From the human T2T-CHM13v2.0 reference genome, Homo sapiens, in assembly GCF_009914755.1 (NCBI RefSeq), contig NC_060947.1: a DNA stretch of 64,000 bases; one strand, written 5' to 3'. Below are positions 55,462 through 64,000 of the stretch, in pieces. Positions within the stretch are counted from its first letter, which is position 1. Each line of letters starts with the position of its first letter. The notes below the pieces were generated by a model. It saw only the letters and a program-made list of their open reading frames with translations, ran no database searches and had not been told where the DNA came from. The position numbers were made by a program, and so were the translations under genes.

Positions 55462-58400
55462 ATTCTCTGTTATCCACCGTTTTAAAAATGTTTGGCACTT
55501 ACAATCAAAAAGCCATTCATTTGCTTACCCTCATTTAAAAAACAAGTTATGAAAACAATGTGGCAGGGGTGGGGAGAGTTGGGTGGCTGAAGGGGAACCT
55601 TCAAACTGTTTTCCATTCTGAAGAAAAGCAGAGGTAAATCCCTGGGAAGAGATGTGGACTTATAAGGATGTGGCATTTCCTCATGGGTCGTGGGAAGGAA
55701 TTCATTGATTTAATTTACAACAATTAGGAGGTGCCTCTGTGCTGTGAGTTTTTTTTAGCTCCAGCTGGCATGGGAATTATTTTCCCGGGGAATGCTCATA
55801 CCCAAATACAAGGACACCTTCAGGAAGAGGAAAAGGAAGAAGTACCATCTAGGAACCAAGGATGTGGACCAGGAAATTCTTTTCCACTGCACTGATTTAA
55901 AAGAATAGCATGCTGGTGCCTAACAAACTCCATGGCCTTTTTGGAGTTTCCTAGTGCTGTGAAGGTTTCCCTTGGACATGAGATTGTTTTGCATGACAAT
56001 ATCCATATTATTTTCTCAATAACCAAAAATGTCATTTCCTGAAAAGAGTTGGAAATGCCAGTTGTCACTGTGAAACTCACACAGGTCTATGTGTTCCTTG
56101 AACCCTCACTAAACCTTCAAAACCAAAGTTCAAATTCAGATGCAACACGAAAGCCTTTCCAGCTCTCAACTCTCCCAAACTAGTTCCTACAGATCCTTCC
56201 TTCTTCCATGCTTTCCATTTCTCCAGAATGAACTACTTGCTTTGTGTACATACATTCCTCGTCTTTCTATCCCCATGCCTTTATTTGCCTGGCAAGCAGT
56301 GCTGCTTCCATAAACTCAAATGTTACCTACCCTTGAAGGCAGGCTCAGATCTTGCGCTGCTTCCCCAGTCCCCAGCTAGAAATAATTTCTTGTTTCTCTG
56401 AAAGTTTGAAGTAGATAATCCACACCTTCTTCATGGTAATTATGGCTTTCTACTTTATTTTGTGTTATAAGTGCTCTTCTGTCTTAGTGAAGATAGTAAA
56501 CTTCCTGTGGGCAGGGTCCTTTGGCACCTAACACAGTGCAACACACACACAGTGGGTACTCCAACCGCACTACCAAAATGAACAAACTAGCAAGACACTG
56601 TAACAAATTAAAGTAACTGTCCACAGGCAAAAATGTACATCCCCTCCCAGAAATATTTGTTTAGCAAACACTGCTCCTAGACCAACAGTCTCTAGAACAG
56701 AAAGTCATGTTAAGCAAAATTATCCAAAACATGGAAAAAAGAGAAAGAGAAGACTGTGAGCCCTTCCAAAGTCCCACGAGAGCATATTCCATGAAGTCAG
56801 CCTAAGTCAGGGTCATCTGACTCTCCAGACTGGGATGTAACAGAGTCTGACTTTCTATTTACTAGTGGTTAGGGCTTAGACTCTGCGAAGTTAGATGTTA
56901 ACTTAGAGAAACCCAGTAATATGCAACTTATTTTGTCCAAATGTTTCAGGTTTATTGCCCTGTAGGTCACTAACCAGTTTTGTATCCAAATTAGCTATGC
57001 TAGTCTGGCATTCTTTTCCCCCTACTACCCCCTTCCCCACATTTATATGTATCCGTTTCTGGCATCCTCCTTGGAAGCAGCTTTATCATCTTGCTGGTTC
57101 CTTCATTAAGAAGTTAAAAAAATCTTTGATGTGGACTAATTCATTCATTATAGGAGAATTGGGTGTTCAACTTTTGAAAATTATACTTTCAGAATACTAA
57201 TAATTAGGAATAAAAACAAACGTAAAAATAAGTACTGTAAGTATCATTATTTTTGTACTCATAATTTTCTTTAATTTTTATCTAGAATAAATTTCCCAAA
57301 TACCAAATTTACTCACCCATAAACATGTGCTTCCATTCCCAAGGATTTATACAAAAACAACAGAGAAAAGAATGAATATTCTTTATTCCTTGTAAATGCA
57401 AGTCCACTACAATCAATTCAGTAATAGCTTTATTTGAAAAGCCTGTATTGCAACTAAAATCATATCTGATCTATTAAAATAAAACTAAAATCTCCCTGTA
57501 AATTTCTTCAATTTATCTATCATTTGAAATTACTGAACATCTTAGAATGTAATTTTACATCATGTTAGGATGAATAGCGTCTTGTAAATTCAAGCCATAA
57601 TAATATTGCATTAGAAGCAATGCATTTGTTCTGAAATCACAACAGGTCATAATGGAAACCAGACATTAATGCTTTAAGGAGTAACTAGCTGAAATTGAAT
57701 GACATAATCACCCAATCCATAAAGCATTTATAAGATTTACCATAAAGCTCAGGTAATTTTTTTTTTAACTGAAGAGAAATAATTCTTTCTTACTATCCTA
57801 AACATCAAATGCCATCACATCATAAAAATAAAATATGGCACACAGATTATTCCATTTTGTTCATCCATTTATTCATATAATACATATTAACTTTACCCTA
57901 TAATAATGAAAACATTATGCTTGTTCACTATTATTTCCAATGTTGTTTAATCAACAAGGCTCAACATGTTCCCTGGCAAGAGGCTTGCCAAAAGAGAATC
58001 CAGTCTAAGCAGAGGGTTCAAAAGGTCTGGATTCTGCAACACACTGCTGCCTTCACACTCTCAACTTCATCTCAACATGATGAAACACTGATTCTACCCT
58101 GACAATCATGTAGCTTTTAAAGCAAGAGGGTCTACTAAGTGAACCAATAAGCTCACTGGACAATCCTAATCTGCTCTCTCACCTATGTTTTACTCTGATT
58201 CCTCCCTTTCTTTCCTTTTGTATGCCTTTCCCTCTTCCACCTATCATAACCTCCATCAGCACCTCAAATGATGAACAGCTGGAGTAGATGGCTTAGGTAG
58301 GAGATGAGAACATCCCTAATTTCTGTCTCCCTGGATATTATCCTTGGAAAACACAACAAATTTGGAGTTGGAAAAAGTTGCTAACTCATGTGTTTCTCTT

Positions 58401-59439
58401 AGTAACCAGTTTTACATTTCTGATCACAAGGGGAGCACTTGTAAGTAAAAGCACAGACTTTACAAACACAAAGTATTTTAAGCCTTCCACCAAAGCACCA
58501 GTATTTGCATAGTAGACATGCTTTTACACTGATAGGATCTTTCTGAAAGCAATCTTTGCTAATTTCTGCTATGCTGAGGAATGTATCACTGACAAACATC
58601 ATTGTGTTGCATAAATAAGCTGACACCTCAATACTTAGGGTACTGAAAAATAATAGTTGTGAAATCTATAAGAACTGGCTCAAGTCCTGACTCTTCCACA
58701 AAGCTTCAGAAAAATTGTATTCGCATTTTTTTCTCTTTTAATCCCCCCTTCTCAAACCATACTCCATCTAATCTAAGATACCAGCAACTGTCTCATCTAT
58801 ATTTTGTGTGCCAGTAGGAACAAACAAATGTTGCCCATTAAACTGTCTCACCATTCATTTAAGTTGCAGCTCAATTTCAGCAATATTAGTCTTCAAAAAA
58901 ATGCTAATCTTAGAATCCATAAATGCAATATTCTACTAGCTGAGCACCTGATTGGCTACTCTACTGTTCTTTAAATATGTTGTTATATGTGTGTACACTG
59001 TTCTCTAACATATTGTAATCTTTATTATTATTTGCTACATTGTGCATCTACTGACAGTTATAGGCACATAGGAGGCTATAAACTTATAATTACTGCGTAG
59101 ACGATCAAAGGGACTTGAAGGAATTCTTATTGCAAAAATGGAGTTACTGTCAAAATTTTTAAATGCCTGCTCAAAATAATTTGCTTCTCCAACTTTAGAT
59201 ATTTTAGGGGAGCTGAACTTGCAGGCATTCAAATAGTGTTCAAAATTTGCCATTTGGAGAGTCATCATGCAAATTCATCTAAAACAAATTCCCTGAGCTC
59301 CTACTGTGTGAAAATCATTGCATCAGAGTCTGTGAGATACAAAGACGAATTAGATTTGATTCCCATCCTCTAAGACCTCACATTCTGGTTGGAAAAATGG
59401 AACTGGTACATGAAAGAATGATAAAGCCATGAGAAGATT

Positions 59440-59853
59440 ATTACTATTCTTGCATTGCTATAAAGAAATACCTGATACTGGGTAATTTACAAAGAAAAGG
59501 GGTTTAATTGGTTCACGGGTGCTGCAGGGCTACACAGGAAGCATGGCACCAGGCATGTGCTCGGCTTCTGATGAGGCCTCAGGAAGCTTTTACACATGGT
59601 AGAAGGCAAAGCCAGAACTGGCACGTCACATGGCGAAATTAGGAGCAAGAGAAAGAGTGTGTATGGGAGGGGGGCGGGCGGTGGGGGAGGAGTGTCATAC
59701 ACTTTTAAACAACCAGATCTTGTGAGAACTCACTCATTATCATGGAATCAGCACCAAGCCATGAGGGATCTGCCCCCATGACCCAAACACCTCCCACCAA
59801 GCCCCACCTCCAGCATTGGGGATTACAATTCGACATGAGATTGGGGCGGGGAC
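59440..59853 (-). mobile_element. MSTA/MSTB MaLR LTR
   Basis: tgcattgctataaagaaatacctga; aacaaccagatcttgtgagaactcactcatta; ggggattacaattcgacatgagatt. Confidence 0.9.
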
Positions 59854-60297
59854 ATCTCTCCTTTCTCTGAATCACATACACGGTATCATAAAATGTTACG
59901 TGATTCAGAGAAAGGAGCGATGACTCTGGTCCAGGGAACCAGAGAAACGTTCACAACTGAAGTGCCCCTTGACTTAGGACTTGGAGGATACACAAGAAGC
60001 ATTCTGACAAATAGACATGGGTTAGAGGAATGGGCCTACCAGTCAGAGGGAACTGCTTGGTTAAGGGCCAGAAGGCTTAAAAGTGTAATGAATGATAATT
60101 GTTTAGTTTCAGTTCATGGGGTGGGGTGGTAAAAAAGACAGTTTGGGAGAAGATGGAAGAGGAATTTGAAAATCACATAAAGGAAGTGGCATCTATTTTT
60201 TCCTTATTCAGTGTAGTCATTGCAGGTTCTGCTGTTGTTGCAATTGTGGTTTATTTCATGGAAACATATCTGACAACTAAGATGCATTAATATACAC

Positions 60298-61342
<1,045 letters not shown>

Positions 61343-61578
61343 TACAATACCTTTTTTGACTGTTCTTTGTAAGGGCAATTAAAATCTCCAACATTAGGAC
61401 TGCTATGTAATGCTAGATCAGGAAGAGCTATAATGGGAATGGGAAGCAGCCCTGGATGGGAAAGACTCTCTGAAGTTCTAATTCCTTTTAATTTCCTCCA
61501 TCTTTTATTTTGGCTTTTGCAAAATATTTAATTTTAAGAAAGATTCTTGTTTTAAAATTATAAAGCATGAGGATATCA

Positions 61579-61767
<189 letters not shown>

Positions 61768-62261
61768 TTATTCTGCATACTTTTATACTTCAGATACACA
61801 AAATTACTCATTCTCAGGAAAAACTGATACATTTTTCAGAAACCTTAGTGAAATCGACATAATTTCAAGTATTTATAGATTTAAACTGGATTTTCAAAAG
61901 TTGCATTTAAAAGAACCTTTTAGACACGCTCAGACTTTATTCTTTTTGTTCCTGCTTCTTGCACTAACTCAGGGATACTTAACAGAATAATTAGTTATAG
62001 GTTATCTCTAGGTCACGACCTAGGAAGAAAGGAGGTAATTGGATTTCTATCCCTTTACTTGAATCAGAGCTGGCAATAACATAAGGAATATATTCCCACA
62101 TCAAATCAACTACCATTGGATTTTTCAGATTTATCCTTTTATGGGCAGGCTGAGGCTAATCCCTTGGAGGAAGGTTTGAATTGTTTAGCTCTTGCTGACA
62201 ATAAGGTCATTTATAGACATTTATGATAAGTCCTCATCACACACACATTTGGTCAGTTGTA

Positions 62262-62607
62262 GTGGAGTTGACTCTGTATCCACTGGGTTCCACATACCTG
62301 GATTCAACCAACTGCAGATCAAAAATATTTGGAAAAAAATGGATGACTGCATCTGTACTGAACATGTACAGACTTTTTTCTCCTCATTATTCCCTAAACC
62401 ATAGAATATAACTACTATTTACATAGTATTTACATTGTAATAAGTAATATAAGTTATCTAGAGAGAATTTAAGGTATGCAGGAGGATGTGATTAGGTTAT
62501 ATGCAAATAACAGGCCATTTTATATCAGGGACTTGAGCATCCATGATTTTAGTATCTATGAGAGACCCTGAAATTAATCCTTTATGGATACCAACAAACA
62601 ATTGTAC
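62262..62607. mobile_element. MER2 (Tigger-derived) DNA transposon
   Basis: ggattcaaccaactgcagatcaaaaatatt; tctgtactgaacatgtacagac; gggacttgagcatcc. Confidence 0.85.
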
Positions 62608-62849
62608 ATTTTATTGTTCATGCTTCTATTCTTTGTCCATCAATGCCAGATCAAATTTCTTTGAACACTGTATTTACCACTCATTATCCTGCATAAGACT
62701 CTAGAATTATTCCCTATTCCTTTAGAGCATCAAACTTAAAGTTCTCTGGAATGACTATTTAATCCTATTTTCAAACACAATAGCTCTCTGTTCTGGGTAA
62801 GACTCACTAAGATTTCTCTGTTCCTTCTCATTCACATGCTCTTGATTGC

Positions 62850-63071
62850 CAGGGGTGTCCAATCTTTTGGCTTCCCTGGGCCATGCTGGAAGAAGAACTG
62901 TCTTGGGCCACACATAAAATAACTAACACTAATGACAGCTGATGAGCTAAAAAAAAAAATCACAAAACAATCTCATAATGTTTTAAGAAAGTTTATGAAT
63001 TTGTGTTGGGCTGCATTCAAAGCGCTTCTGGGCTGCAGGTGGCCTTGCAGGCCACGTGTTGGACAAGCTTG
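62850..63071. mobile_element. MER30 (hAT-Charlie)
   Basis: caggggtgtccaatcttttggcttccctgggcca...gttggacaagcttg. Confidence 0.9.
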
Positions 63072-63077
63072 ATTTAC

Positions 63078-63190
63078 ACCATTCATTCATTTACTTATGT
63101 GTTCCTACCATTCATTCATTTACTTATGTGTTCATACAACAAGTACTTATTAAGCTTCTACAATATGCCAGACTCTGAAAGAGACAGTGG
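63078..63190 (-). mobile_element. L2 3' end with a 29-bp-period tandem duplication
   Basis: accattcattcatttacttatgtgttc twice; aacaagtacttattaagcttctacaatatgccag. Confidence 0.75.
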
Positions 63191-64000
63191 GGAAATCAAA
63201 TAAAAATATTAATATCTATTCCCTGTCCACAAGGAAATGGATGACTGTACAAACTGGGAGAAAGATGCTGCAAACAAGAGAAGGGAAAGAGTTGATGGCT
63301 GCTGGTTAAAGGTTTCCAAGAGGGCCAAGTCTTGCAGCTGAGGCTTGAAGGATGTCCAGGGGTTTTTTGTTGCACAACAGTGGAAACTTCTTGGAAAGAA
63401 AGAAGTGAGCATGTGGAAGAATCTTCCATGGGCAGGGAATAGAACAATGTCGTATGCCAACATCAGAGAGGTTGAGAGGGCAAAAGATTAGGGAAACTGT
63501 GTTTTAGCATATAGACAGTTCCACAAGTATGGCAAAGATACGGAACAACAGGAAATTTCATGGAAAAGAAAACAGACCTCAAATTTATAATGCCATCCAA
63601 GAAAGAGGATTTAGAAAGAGTTTGAGGGATTTTGAAAACTAACAAGTTCATAAAGGTGTTAATTTCATTATGCTGTAAAATTTATTTATGAAAATTTTAG
63701 CTCATTCTACTTCCCTAAATTTTTTATTTAGAAAAGTATATTAAGGAAAAGAACCACTTTCATCTAAGGCTTAAAATGCATATGTCAAAAGCAGAACTTT
63801 CTGGTTATTTTTAAAACAAGTTAAACTTATTAATCTGGTGTTTATCCTATTGACTGATTTTAAAATTTTTTAATGAATGCATTTTCATTTCTAGTAGGTT
63901 CTTTATCACATCTCCCTTTTCTTATTGAATTTCTCTCTGTTCCTATTACAAAAACACGATTCTCTTCTCCATAATCTCAAAACAACTAAACTTACTTATT

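Overview
Mammalian DNA, almost certainly human or a close primate (Alu-rich). The whole window lies inside MID1 (TRIM18, the midline-1 E3 ubiquitin ligase of Xp22, mutated in Opitz G/BBB syndrome), transcribed on the minus strand. Five canonical coding exons with GT-AG boundaries are readable: 61734-61639, 34244-34137, 21181-21033, 13303-13176 and 8393-8250. They splice into one open frame covering the coiled-coil, the COS box and the start of the FN3 domain. The rest is intron packed with Alu, L1, L2, MIR, LTR (MLT1, MLT2A, MST, MER31, LTR16) and DNA-transposon (MER58, MER20, MER3/33, MER30, MER2, Tigger4) relics plus microsatellites. Nearly all ORFs in the supplied track are spurious. I see no new prokaryote-style system. 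The most interesting signals are alternative-processing elements in the introns: a stop-free, in-frame 153-nt cassette exon (40112-39960) encoding a very basic 51-aa insert; a read-through extension of the FN3 exon with a downstream AATAAA; an in-frame acceptor 54 nt upstream of the COS-box exon; and candidate poison exons. Some of these may already be annotated isoforms. Repeat family names and boundaries are by-eye and approximate.
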